Positions 25,847 through 35,553 of a DNA stretch of 64,000 nucleotides are shown here, piece by piece. Position numbers and translations under genes: made by a program. This DNA comes from an uncultured delta proteobacterium (GTDB taxonomy: Bacteria > Myxococcota > Myxococcia > Myxococcales > Myxococcaceae), in the NCBI GenBank assembly GCA_963796055.1, contig CAWCKH010000004.1, positions 3,104,001 through 3,168,000 on the forward strand, in the 5' to 3' direction. Position 1 is the first letter of the stretch. The number at the start of each line of letters is the position of its first letter. Below the pieces are notes generated by a model. That model saw only the letters and a list, made by a program, of their open reading frames with translations, ran no database searches and had not been told where the DNA came from.

Positions 25847-26565
25847 GGCCCGGGCATGCCTGCCCGCACCGTGAGGTCACGAAAGTAGGCCTCGGTCGTG
25901 CGGTGGGCCCAGAGCGCCACTCCGCCGCTCACCGCCCCGAGTTTGAGATCCCGGACGATGAGCACCGGCTGCTCTGCGCCGTTGAGGTAGAGCTCGGCGC
26001 CGGCGCCCGAGACCTTCACCCGCATTCGCGTCCAGACGCCTGGCTGCAGATCGGCATAGGACTCGTACTGCCCGGGGCTCTCGTCGCGAAGCCGCTTCCA
26101 CCCGAACTCCGGGGAGGATTGGTACTGCACCGCGTGGTTGCGCCGGAGCTGGTCGTCGGCGCGGCCATTCGCCGGTCTCAGGTAGACGTCCTCCGACCTC
26201 ACTCCGTCCGGCGACACGTGGAAGGACAGGCCAATGAAGCCACGCATCTCTGGATCCGCGCCTGGGCGGGGCGCACCGGCTAACTCGAGCTCGATCTCCC
26301 CGTCCCGGAACTCCAGGCCGGAGACGATGGCCAGAGCCACGTCCTCGGGTCCGACCTCGTCGAGCGCCTGGAGCCGGATCCCGCTTCGTCCCGCGTGGGT
26401 CACGGGCTCGGCGCGCGCATGTACGAGCGTGAGGCCCTCGGCGGAATCGAGCGACAGCACTCGCGCTCCGCCGGTGGCAGGGGCAGGTCGGGCTCCGTTG
26501 GTCGCGCACCCGGCCAGCCCGAAACGACCGCTCGCTGCGGCGGTGCAGCGGATCGGACCTCCCAC
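25843..26565 (-). CDS. DUF1080-like (3-keto-disaccharide hydrolase/concanavalin fold) protein; start uncertain
   Basis: FRDGEIELE, RGFIGLSF, YLRPANGRADDQLRRNHAVQY, YESYADL, AYFRDL. Confidence 0.7.
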   Translation of the reverse strand: MGGPIRCTAAASGRFGLAGCATNGARPAPATGGARVLSLDSAEGLTLVHARAEPVTHAGRSGIRLQALDEVGPEDVALAIVSGLEFRDGEIELELAGAPRPGADPEMRGFIGLSFHVSPDGVRSEDVYLRPANGRADDQLRRNHAVQYQSSPEFGWKRLRDESPGQYESYADLQPGVWTRMRVKVSGAGAELYLNGAEQPVLIVRDLKLGAVSGGVALWAHRTTEAYFRDLTVRAGMPGP

Positions 26566-26579
26566 GCCGGGAATCGTGC

Positions 26580-27233
26580 TCAGCCCGGGGCGGCGAGGCC
26601 GGGGGCGCTCCCGGTGGGGGCGACGCCGACGGCCGCGAGCTGCCGATCGTGCCACCGCGACAGCAGGACCAGCGCAGCGATCGCCCCCACCAGGCAGGTG
26701 GCCATGTCCTCCTGGGTGTCCCAGGGGTCTCCCTGCGTCCCGAGGAACGCCTCGGCGCCCTGGTGCAGCGTCACCGCCGCGCCCCATTCGACCAGCTCGT
26801 AGAGCGCGCTGATGGCCAGGCACACCGAGAGGACGAGCACCGCCAGCCATCCACCCCGACGAAGCGGGGTCATCCGGAGGAGCACCTCCCGGGTGACCAG
26901 CGCGGGGACGAAGCCCTGGAAGAAGTGGCCCACCCGGTCGTAGTCGTTGCGCGCCAGCCCGAGCACCCGCTGCGCCCAGTACCCCAGCGGGACCTCGGCA
27001 TAGGTGTAATGCCCCCCGAGGAAGAGCACGCAGGCGTGCACCGCGATCAGCACGTAGACCAGGTCGGTGAAGCGGAACCGCCGGTAGGTCGCGAGCAGGA
27101 AGGGGAGCACGAGCAGGAACGGCGCCACCTCCATCCACCAGGTCAGGCGGTCCTTCGGCCCGATGCCGGAGATGACCAGGGCGACCAGGTCGACCCCGAG
27201 CAGGATGAGCGGTAACCGGTCCTCGCGCCGCAC
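26580..27233 (-). CDS. DUF2238 (YjdF) family membrane protein
   Basis: TWWMEVAP, GGHYTYAEVP, RNDYDRVGHF, FLGTQGDPWDTQEDM. Confidence 0.9.
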   Translation of the reverse strand: MRREDRLPLILLGVDLVALVISGIGPKDRLTWWMEVAPFLLVLPFLLATYRRFRFTDLVYVLIAVHACVLFLGGHYTYAEVPLGYWAQRVLGLARNDYDRVGHFFQGFVPALVTREVLLRMTPLRRGGWLAVLVLSVCLAISALYELVEWGAAVTLHQGAEAFLGTQGDPWDTQEDMATCLVGAIAALVLLSRWHDRQLAAVGVAPTGSAPGLAAPG

Positions 27234-27260
27234 CAGGCCGGCCAGTCTAGGCGGTCCTGG

Positions 27261-28151
27261 TCAGGGGAAGGTGGAGCTCTGCTCCAGCGTGCTCTGGAAC
27301 TCCACTGGGATGGGATCTCCCCGCGCCCCGGCGAAGGTGACCTTCGCCGTCTGCGAGAAGCTCGCCGCGTGGTCCACCAGGGTCCCCGGCTCGACCAGCA
27401 GCTCGTCGCGGTAGTCCATGCTGGCGTCGATCACCTCCGCCTCGGCCGGGTTCACCCCGTTCCGGGCGAGGAACGCCGCTGCCCTGTGCATCGCCCGGCG
27501 CGCGGCCGCCCGTGGGTTCACCTCGTAGTGCGCGCTGACCCGGGCGCACCGCGTAGCCCCGCAGGGCTCGATCCGGTCCACGGTCATCGTCTTCCGGGTC
27601 CCCGTCGAATCCGGCTCGCCGGCCGGCCAGGTCGACCCGGGCGCGGTCGGATGGCCCACCACGTCGCGGACCAGCATCTCGAAGCGCGCGACCGCCAGGT
27701 CCTTCACCTGCTCGGTGCTGACCATCGATGCCGAGCCCCCCTCGGCGCCTGGAACCAGGAGCGCGGAGAGGACCTCCGCAGCCCGCTCGGCGCCCCGCAC
27801 CTCGACCACCCGCGGCTCGGCGCTCACCACCAGGTCCACCGACAGCCCGCTCCCCGGCACCCGCTCGCCGTCGAGGACGTCGGCGCCGTTGATCCGGAGC
27901 GCCACCCGCTGCAGCTGGTGGCTCACCACGGTGCGGTCCCCCTCCCGGGTGAACCCCACGTTCCACACGAACTCCTGCTCCTCGCGCTGCCGGAAGGGGC
28001 TGCCGACGAGCCGGGTCTCGCTCACCAGCTTGACCGTGCGCACGAACCGGGTCCCGGACGGGGGCGCGTAGGTGAACGTCGGGGCGACCGCCGAGGTCGT
28101 TGCGCACCCGGCGCCGAGCGCCGCCACCAGCAGACAGCACCGTCGAACCAT
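27261..28151 (-). CDS. hypothetical lipoprotein
   Basis: MVRRCCLLVAALGAGC lipobox; beta-rich body. Confidence 0.7.
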   Translation of the reverse strand: MVRRCCLLVAALGAGCATTSAVAPTFTYAPPSGTRFVRTVKLVSETRLVGSPFRQREEQEFVWNVGFTREGDRTVVSHQLQRVALRINGADVLDGERVPGSGLSVDLVVSAEPRVVEVRGAERAAEVLSALLVPGAEGGSASMVSTEQVKDLAVARFEMLVRDVVGHPTAPGSTWPAGEPDSTGTRKTMTVDRIEPCGATRCARVSAHYEVNPRAAARRAMHRAAAFLARNGVNPAEAEVIDASMDYRDELLVEPGTLVDHAASFSQTAKVTFAGARGDPIPVEFQSTLEQSSTFP

Positions 28152-28297
28152 CGCCAGACCCTCCACCCGGGGGAGCGGCGGACCGTACCACCCTCGCCAT
28201 TCGCCCCGAGAATGGTCGCCCTTCGCTGCACGATGTTTCGGCAAGGGTGCGCGGACCGGTGGATGTGTGGTGGAACCAGCACCGGGGAGGACACGGG

Positions 28298-28729
28298 ATG
28301 AAGCCACAGGCGTGGTGGGGAGTCGCCCTCTCGACCCTGATGCTCGGCGCCGCGCCAGCGTCTCTGGACGGCGGCGCGGACCCGCCTCCATCGATGGAGC
28401 GCTACAGCCTGGTCATCCTCAAGCGCCCGGCGAACGGCGGAGCGAAGGTGGCAGACCCCGAGGCGCTCCAGCGCCAGCACCTCGGACACCTGACGGCCAT
28501 GGCCCGGGCGGGGAAGCTGGTCGTCGCCGGCCCGTTCGACGATCAGACCGACCCGAGGATGCGCGGGCTGTGCCTGTACCGTGCCTCGCTCGAGGAGGCG
28601 CGGCGTCTGGCCCAGGACGACCCGGCGGTCAAGGCGGGCCGGCTCGAGGTCGAGGTGCTCAGCTGGTGGGTGGAGAAGGGCGCGATGACCTTCCCCATCT
28701 CCGAGGCCATGGTGCAGGGAAAGCGGTAG
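28298..28729 (+). CDS. YciI family protein with signal peptide
   Basis: QRQHLGHL..GKLVVAGPF..DPAVKAGRL; GGAGG RBS. Confidence 0.85.
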   Translation: MKPQAWWGVALSTLMLGAAPASLDGGADPPPSMERYSLVILKRPANGGAKVADPEALQRQHLGHLTAMARAGKLVVAGPFDDQTDPRMRGLCLYRASLEEARRLAQDDPAVKAGRLEVEVLSWWVEKGAMTFPISEAMVQGKR

Positions 28730-28736
28730 CGCTCAA

Positions 28737-29387
28737 TCAGGGGACGGCGTCGGCCTGGGCGAGCAGCTCCGGGACGCTGCCCGAGAGCGACCGGGCCGGC
28801 GGCGGGCCACCCCGGAAGGCGAAGCGGCCCTCGTTCCAGCAGAGCACCTCGAACAGCGCGCTCGCTCCGGTGCGGCTGCCGCAGGCTGCGTGCACCAGGT
28901 CGCCGTCCTCGAACCAGACCGAGCCGGTGCGCGCCGGGGCCCGGACGTCCAGCACCCCGGTCCTGCCGGCGCGGGCGTACAGCGACAGCACGTCGGACAG
29001 CAACGTGGTGGCGATGGTGCCCGCGCCGGCGCCCGGAACCCAGCGGCCGACCTCCATGCGGAGCCGCACCGGATCGACCGGGGCGGGGAGGTGGGCCACG
29101 GGAGGAGGCAGCGCATTGCACCCGGGGCCGTGGGTCAGCACCACGGGCACGGGTCCCCAGCGACCGCGCAACTCGTCCAGCAGAGACGCACCCGCGGCGC
29201 TCGCGGTGTCGGCCGGTATGACCAGCACGGGGGGCCGCTCGCACGCGATCCAGCCCGCGGCGTCCTCGGGTTCCGTCGTGCCTCGAACCGAGGCGGGTCC
29301 AAAGGCGTGCCGGAGCACCGCCACCGTGGCGCGGAGCCGCTCTGCAGACGCGTCGACGACCAGGATGGGACCGGGACGGGCGCTCAC
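28737..29387 (-). CDS. degenerate receiver + DUF4388 domain protein
   Basis: ILVVD N-terminus; LSDVLSLY..RTGVL..GSVWFEDGDLVHA..W.EGRF. Confidence 0.75.
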   Translation of the reverse strand: MSARPGPILVVDASAERLRATVAVLRHAFGPASVRGTTEPEDAAGWIACERPPVLVIPADTASAAGASLLDELRGRWGPVPVVLTHGPGCNALPPPVAHLPAPVDPVRLRMEVGRWVPGAGAGTIATTLLSDVLSLYARAGRTGVLDVRAPARTGSVWFEDGDLVHAACGSRTGASALFEVLCWNEGRFAFRGGPPPARSLSGSVPELLAQADAVP

Positions 29388-29465
29388 GCCCCGTTCACGG
29401 AGCACCACCCGTGCCAGCCGGCGAGGACGGGTGAGGGGGTGTGGTGCTCGCGGTGGTGGAGGTGC

Positions 29466-30659
29466 CTACGGCACCCCGGGTCGGAAGGCCGGGTGCGGGC
29501 GGGGGAGGGATCGCTGCCGGGCACTCGCCGGAACCCGCGCGGCGCGAACCAGCTCCTCGAACGCCTTGACCCAGAGCTGCTCGCCGCCGGTCCGCGGGGG
29601 CGGGGATGTCCGGCCACGGGCGGTGAGCTCGCCGGCCGCGACGGCGATGGCCGATGCCAGGTCCGGGTCCCCCACCAGCACCGAGCGCAGCGCGAGCTCG
29701 GGCGAGCGACGCATCAGCTCGGCGACGTTCCGCTCCTGCTCGGGCTGATCGCCGAGCAACACCAGCAGCGGCGTTCCCGAGCTGCGCGCCAGCTCGAGCG
29801 CGCCCATTCCCGCGCCGGAGACGAAGAGCTCGGCGGCGTGCACCACGTCGCCGAAGCGGCCGTCGGTCCCGACCCAGCCCGGGCGCCCGTGGTAGCCCTC
29901 GCCCACCGCGTGGACGTGGAACCCGCGGTGGCCCAGCCCGTCCTCGAGCGCCAGGGCGATCACCGGGTCCTTGAAGTGCGGGTTCAGGTACACCGCCGCC
30001 AGGGGCACGCCCTCGGGGACGTCGAGCTCGGCGCGCACCTGCGCCCGGGTCCGCGCCGGCCGGGCGATGACCGGGGCGAGGCGGTAGGTCCGCGGCGCGC
30101 TGCCCGGGTCGGGCTCGGTGCTCCCCAGGGTGTGGATGATCCGGGCGAAGGCGCGCTCCAGCACCGCCCGGATGGCGCGGCGGTACCGGTGGGCGACCCA
30201 GTCGGGCACGCGGTGGTCCAGGTTCTCCTCCGTGGCCCGCCAGAGGTTCTCGCCGTAGAGCTGCACCACCGGATGAGGAAACCCGAGCGCCGGCGCGAGC
30301 AGGAGCGCGGGGTGGAGCGAGTCGTTCACCACCAGGTCCGCGCCTCGGGCGAGCAGCTCGAGCCGTCGCAGGTCGGCCAGCGCGCGCCAGGGGAGGACCA
30401 GGTAATTGAAGATGCGGGCGTCGGTTCGGGCCCGTGACATGTCGTGCCTCTCGCCGAACTCCACCCGAAAGTGCTCGGAGAGGAGCCGGGAGCGCACGCC
30501 CATGGACTCGAGGAAGCGGACCCCATCCCGGGCGGTGGTGACGACGTCCACGCTGAGGCCTGCCTCGCCGAGCGCGCGCGAGAGGAGGTTGGCGCGCATC
30601 AGGTGCCCACGTGCATCGGCCAGGGCGAGGTAGAGGATCCGACCGGCTGGGGTGCTCAA
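29466..30659 (-). CDS. GT-B fold glycosyltransferase-like protein
   Basis: ILYLALADARGHLMRA, DLVVND, AELFVSGAG, QPEQERN. Confidence 0.65.
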   Translation of the reverse strand: MSTPAGRILYLALADARGHLMRANLLSRALGEAGLSVDVVTTARDGVRFLESMGVRSRLLSEHFRVEFGERHDMSRARTDARIFNYLVLPWRALADLRRLELLARGADLVVNDSLHPALLLAPALGFPHPVVQLYGENLWRATEENLDHRVPDWVAHRYRRAIRAVLERAFARIIHTLGSTEPDPGSAPRTYRLAPVIARPARTRAQVRAELDVPEGVPLAAVYLNPHFKDPVIALALEDGLGHRGFHVHAVGEGYHGRPGWVGTDGRFGDVVHAAELFVSGAGMGALELARSSGTPLLVLLGDQPEQERNVAELMRRSPELALRSVLVGDPDLASAIAVAAGELTARGRTSPPPRTGGEQLWVKAFEELVRAARVPASARQRSLPRPHPAFRPGVP

Positions 30660-30796
30660 GGGTCGTTCGAACGCTCGTCCCGGGCGGGCCTACCGCGGCG
30701 AGGTCCTCTGCCCGGGACGGTCCGAGGGCTCGCCTCGGGAGGAGGAGCTTCCGCCACGCGCGTGACGGAACGGGACGTGGACCTGTGACGTCTCGG

Positions 30797-31420
30797 TCAG
30801 ACGCCGGTGACGAACCAGCGCCCCAGGCCCACGGTGAACAGCAGGCACCCGTAGGCAGCGTGCTCCACCGCGGTGGCGACCAAGGAGCGGGTGCGCAGGT
30901 ACGTGCGGGCGAACAGCCATCCACCGAGCAAGGTGAGCACCACCGCCAGGCCGTTGAGCAGCACCACGTGCGCCCAGGAGAACGCCAGCGCGCTGGCCGC
31001 CGTCGCCACCCACGGGCCACCGAAGAGGCGGCCGTAACGGTGGAAGAAGAAGGTGCGGAACACCAGCTCCTGGGGGACGACGGAGAGCGTGGGGTAGAGC
31101 ACCATCACCAGCAGCCAGCGCCAGGGCGCATCGCGCGGCAGGTCGAAGAGGTGCCGGGGCTCGAGCAGGTACAGGCCCACGGCGAGCAGGGTGCACACCC
31201 CGAGCGCCAGCGCGAGCGGGCCTCGCAGCCAGGTCCAGAGCTGCTCCCGCCGCCAGAGCTGGTCCCGCTGGAAGGTGGGGTCACGCCAGAGCACCACCAG
31301 GCAGACCCAGGCGGTCACGAAGAGGAAGGGGAGTGACAGCCCGCGGGCCCAGCCCGCGAGCGCGGCGGGAACCGCGCCGAAGAGCGTCACCAGCTCGATC
31401 CACCTCACTGCGTGCTTCAC
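30797..31420 (-). CDS. CPBP (CAAX/Abi) family intramembrane metalloprotease
   Basis: PQELVFRTFF, FSWAH, EHAAYG motifs; multi-TM. Confidence 0.85.
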   Translation of the reverse strand: MKHAVRWIELVTLFGAVPAALAGWARGLSLPFLFVTAWVCLVVLWRDPTFQRDQLWRREQLWTWLRGPLALALGVCTLLAVGLYLLEPRHLFDLPRDAPWRWLLVMVLYPTLSVVPQELVFRTFFFHRYGRLFGGPWVATAASALAFSWAHVVLLNGLAVVLTLLGGWLFARTYLRTRSLVATAVEHAAYGCLLFTVGLGRWFVTGV

Positions 31421-31535
31421 CACACCCCCGGCTCGACCTGCACCACGAGTCTGCCAGAATGTGGCGGCCGTGTGACGGCGGCAAGCGTCGAATGCCGAAC
31501 CCTCGGACTTCCTGGAAGGCCTACCCTCGCCCGCG

Positions 31536-34500
31536 ATGATGCTTCCCCTGGCCCTGGTCCTCGTCACCACCGCCTCCGCTCCGCAGGACGAGGCCCGGCT
31601 GGAGGATGGCTACGCGCTCACGCTCAGCGGAGGGGTGAGCCTCGGAAGCTACGAGGCCGGGCTGAACTGGACGCTGGTGCGCCTGTTCCGCGCCCGGATG
31701 GGGGAGATGCTGCTGCGGCGCCGGCCACAGCTGGTGGGGGTCACCGGCGCGTCGGCCGGAAGCATCAACGCCCTGCTGGTTGCCGCCCTGTACTGCGAGA
31801 CCGATGAGTCCGCCGCCCGCTCCAGCGTCGACGACAACCTCCTGAGGAGCGCGTGGCTGCACGTCGGGCTGGACTCGCTCCTCCCCGAGGACCCGCGCGC
31901 CTACAGGCCCGACGACGCGGTGCTGGCCTCGGCCGCGCTCGAGCCGGTGGTGGTCGAGGTCCGAAACGCGCTCTTCGACGGGGGGATGAAGTTCCGCCCG
32001 CGCTGCCGGCTCCCGATGGGCCTGACCGTCACGCGCGTCCGTCCGCTGGAGCAGGACGTGGGCGGGCTCCGGGTCACCTCCCAGCGGGCGGTGTTGCCCC
32101 TGCTGTTCGACACCGGCGCCGCGGGGAAGGTCCACTTCGAGCGCCAGCCACTCCCCGGAGCGCCCGAAGCGACCGACAGCCGGCTGGCGCTGGCCGACTT
32201 CGCCGAGATGGGAAGGTTGGGCGTGCACCCCGAGGTGGTGCTCCAGTCGCTGCTCGCCTCCGCGGCCTTTCCCGTCGCCTTCCGCCCTCGCGTGCTCTGC
32301 GAGTGTGCCACCGACTGCGGTCTGGACCCGGAGGCGCCCGAGGGCACCTGCCCCGGGCCGCAGGGCACGCCGCTCACCGGGCTGTCGTGCCAGGCGCACT
32401 CCGCGGCCCAGGGTGGGCGGGCGCTGAAGATCTGCATGCGTCGGTTCGTGGACGGCGGCGTCTTCGACAACGCACCGGTCGGGCTGGCGCTCGAGCAGTC
32501 CGAGGCCTTCTGGCGCCCCGGGGTGCTGAAGCCGCTCACCGCGCTCTTCGTCGACCCCGACATCCGGCGGCTCCAGCCGTTCAAGCGACGGGCGGAGGAG
32601 GACCCGGTCCGGGGCACCGGAGCCTTCACCACCTTCGCCGCCGACCTGGTACAGACCGCGCGCAATCGCGAGCTGTCCCGCGCGGCGCAGGCGGGCCGCT
32701 GGAATCGCACCACACGGCGGCTGCTGCTCACCACCTCGGGCCACATCCGCGACTACCTCCAGCTGCTCGGCGAGCTGCTCGACCTCGACGGTCCGCCGCC
32801 GAGCCCGGCGCTTCCCCCGGCCCTGCGCGGAACGCCACCGGAGAGGGCCCGGTTCGCGCGGACCCTGCAGAGCTGTCTGGTCCGGCTTGCCCCGCGCCCG
32901 CTCGACGCCTCGTCCGATGCGCTCGGACGGCAGTGCGCCGGCTATCTTCCGGGGCGAGGCGGTGGCCGACCCGCTCCAGGCCGACCCGGTGCTCCGGGCC
33001 CGGGCGACCGAGCCGCTGTCCGAGACGGAGCTCGTCGACCTGGTGGCGCTGGTCAGCAAGACTTTTGGAAACCCGAGCAGCCCTGCCCGGGAGAGCGCGG
33101 AGCGGAAGATGCTCGACGCCTCGACCCCCCCGCGGACGCGCATCGAGATGGGGCGCACGCTCGCCGACCGGCTGGAGATCGTCTCGCTGTTCGAGATCTA
33201 CCTCGCCGAGCAGCTGGGCTTCCTGAGCCACGGCGAGCTGCCGGAGGCGCGCCTGCTGCAGCTCCGGCGGGACGTGCTCGGGTCCCTGACCCAGGCGGAG
33301 GCGCTCGGGCCCTCCTCGGCACGGGTCGCGACGGCCCAGCTCGAGGAGGCGCTGCTGGCCCTGGCCGGGCGCTCCGGGCCCGGGACCATCCCCGCCGAGG
33401 CGCGGCGGGTGCTGGCCGAGGTCCGCTCCGAGCCGCCGGGGACGCTGTTCGGCATCTCGCAGGCTGCTCCCGCTGCTCACCGCGCTCGACGAGCTGCAAC
33501 CGTCGCAGATCGACACCCCGTTGCTCCACGCCTGGCAGCGGCTCGACCGGCTGGTGCAGCTGCGGCCGCGGCTCCAGAGCCTGGCGGCGGACACGGTGCC
33601 GGTGGCCCAGGACGCCCGGGCCCTGCTCTCCGAGGGCACCGCGGAGCGGACGCTCGCTCTGTCCACCCGCTTCAGCCCGCTCGCCGGCGCGCAGCTGGCC
33701 AACTTCGCCGGCTTCCTCGACCAGCCGCTGCGCGAGTTCGACTACTACGCCGGAATCTACGACGGCCTCCATTCGGCGGCGCTGTTCGTTTGCCGGGAGC
33801 AGGACCCGGCCGAGCCGACGCGGCCGGCGCCGGTCCGGCTGCCGAACAGCTGGGATCTGGACCCCTCTCAGCTCGAGACCCAGCGGTGCGTGGGCGCGGC
33901 GATGGGGCAGGTCGCGGCGATGCTCGGCATCCCGAGCTCCGAGAAGGCGTCGGCGATCGTCGCCTGGCTCGCCCGGGCCGAGCTCGGGGCCTCGCTCGGG
34001 AGCAGCGCCCAGGCCGAGAAGGAGCTGGCCCGGCCGGAATGGAGCTGGCTCGGTCCGCCGCGAGATCCGCGCTCGCTCGGCTCGCTGGGCATCGTGGGCC
34101 AGGTGCTGCTCTCGCCGAAGTCCCCCTGCACCGAGCACGACCGAGAGGCGCTCTGCATCTCGGACCTCACCTTCGACCAGTTCCTCACCGCGCTCGCCCG
34201 GGCGGGCTACCAGCCCGAGTCTCGCGCCATGCGGCTGGCAGTCGAGGACCCGAAACAGTTCTGGCGCGAGACCGTGCAGCGGGTGCTCGACCGTGCGACC
34301 ACCATCGAGCTCACCTCGGGACCGTCCGAGACGGGCCAGAGCAAAGGCATCCTCTTCGCGCTCTCCGCCGGGGAGGTCTGGACCCGCGGCGACGTGAGCG
34401 GCTCGTCGGTGCGCCTCACCTTCGACCCCTCGACCATCCCCACCGTTCCCCTGGCCGACGGCCCGGAGTGGGCGATCTGGGCGGCGCACGTGCTGCCGTA

Positions 34501-34921
34501 CCGGGCGGCGGTGGACGTGGCGCGCGGAGGGCTCGCACTGTCGTGGGTCGAGCCCGCGCTCCGGCTCGGGCCGCACTTCTCGGTGCTCTCCACCTTGCAG
34601 CTGGTGGACATCGAGTTCGGGAATCGGACCAGCAGTACGATTGGTGTGCGCCCCGCGCTCCACGTCGGCGGTCTGACGGTCTCGGTGGGCCCGCGCCTCG
34701 CGGTGCACTGGAACGGTGGCGCGGACTGGGGCGGCGAGGTGGGGGTGGCGGTCCTCCAGGATCGGCTGGGCCTCTCGGTGGGCGTCCGGCAGCTCTCGGG
34801 GTTCAGCGACCTCTTTGTGGCCCTGTCGATCTCGGACCTGAACGGGATGGTCTACTGGCTCACGCCCTGGGCGGAGCGGAAGAAGGTCACCGTCACCGAC
34901 CCCGCACGTCCGGCACCGTGA
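31536..34921 (+). CDS. large secreted patatin-like phospholipase with C-terminal beta-strand region; two +1 frameshifts (~32947, ~33462)
   Basis: Signal peptide, GGVSLG, GASAG, DGG motifs; three consecutive ORFs join into 1127 aa when one base is removed at TATCTTCC and at CAGGCTG. Confidence 0.75.
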
Positions 34922-35447
34922 GCACGAAGTCGAGCTGCTGGTTCAGCGAGGCGAGCGACCCGCCGCACTTCACCGCGTTGAACTCGACCTTCGAGACCAG
35001 CGCGTAGCGGTAGTCGGGGATGGAGAGGGCCACCACCTTGCCGGAGAAAGTGGCGCCGCCGGGCGGGACGTCGGTGACCTGGTAGTGGCACTCACCCCAG
35101 CCGCCGGCGAGCACCCCGTCGGCGTGCACCAGCTTGGTGCTCCCGTCGTCGGTCTTCATCACCAGCACCACATTGTCGCAGCCGATGCTCGCCAGCTCGT
35201 CGGCCGTCGACTGGGCGCGCAGAGACTGGTCGAGCGTGATGCGGCCGCCCACCCAGCAGGGCCCATCGGTGCGGACGAAGGCTGGCGCCGCGCCCGGGCT
35301 GGTGGCCGACGCCCCCGCCGACTCGCTCCGGCCCGAGGCGCAGGCGGCCATCGCGAAGGCGATCAGGGGAGCGAGAAAGCTGCGGTGCCGTTGCGCGCGG
35401 CCGGCGGCGATTGGGCGCGCGGATGTCGTCTCGTGCACGGCGGCCAT
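34893..35447 (-). CDS. hypothetical lipoprotein
   Basis: AMAAC lipobox, Cys-containing beta-rich domain. Confidence 0.6.
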   Translation of the reverse strand: MAAVHETTSARPIAAGRAQRHRSFLAPLIAFAMAACASGRSESAGASATSPGAAPAFVRTDGPCWVGGRITLDQSLRAQSTADELASIGCDNVVLVMKTDDGSTKLVHADGVLAGGWGECHYQVTDVPPGGATFSGKVVALSIPDYRYALVSKVEFNAVKCGGSLASLNQQLDFVLTVPDVRGR

Positions 35448-35553
35448 GACAGCCCGCGGCTCGGTCCGGGGTCAACTGACATCTGCTGGACGGCTCGGTC
35501 CTGCCGCGGCGGGGTGGGGTGTCTAGCTTTCTGCCCGGAGGTCGACACGAGGA

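Noticed and set aside
32940..33470. Programmed frameshifting in the patatin gene
   Set aside because: No slippery heptamer or long homopolymer; same signature as other probable sequencing indels.
15052..35500. Intact prophage/ICE with attR
   Set aside because: Only an integrase stub; no structural, conjugation or replication genes, and no duplicate of the tRNA 3' end seen by eye.
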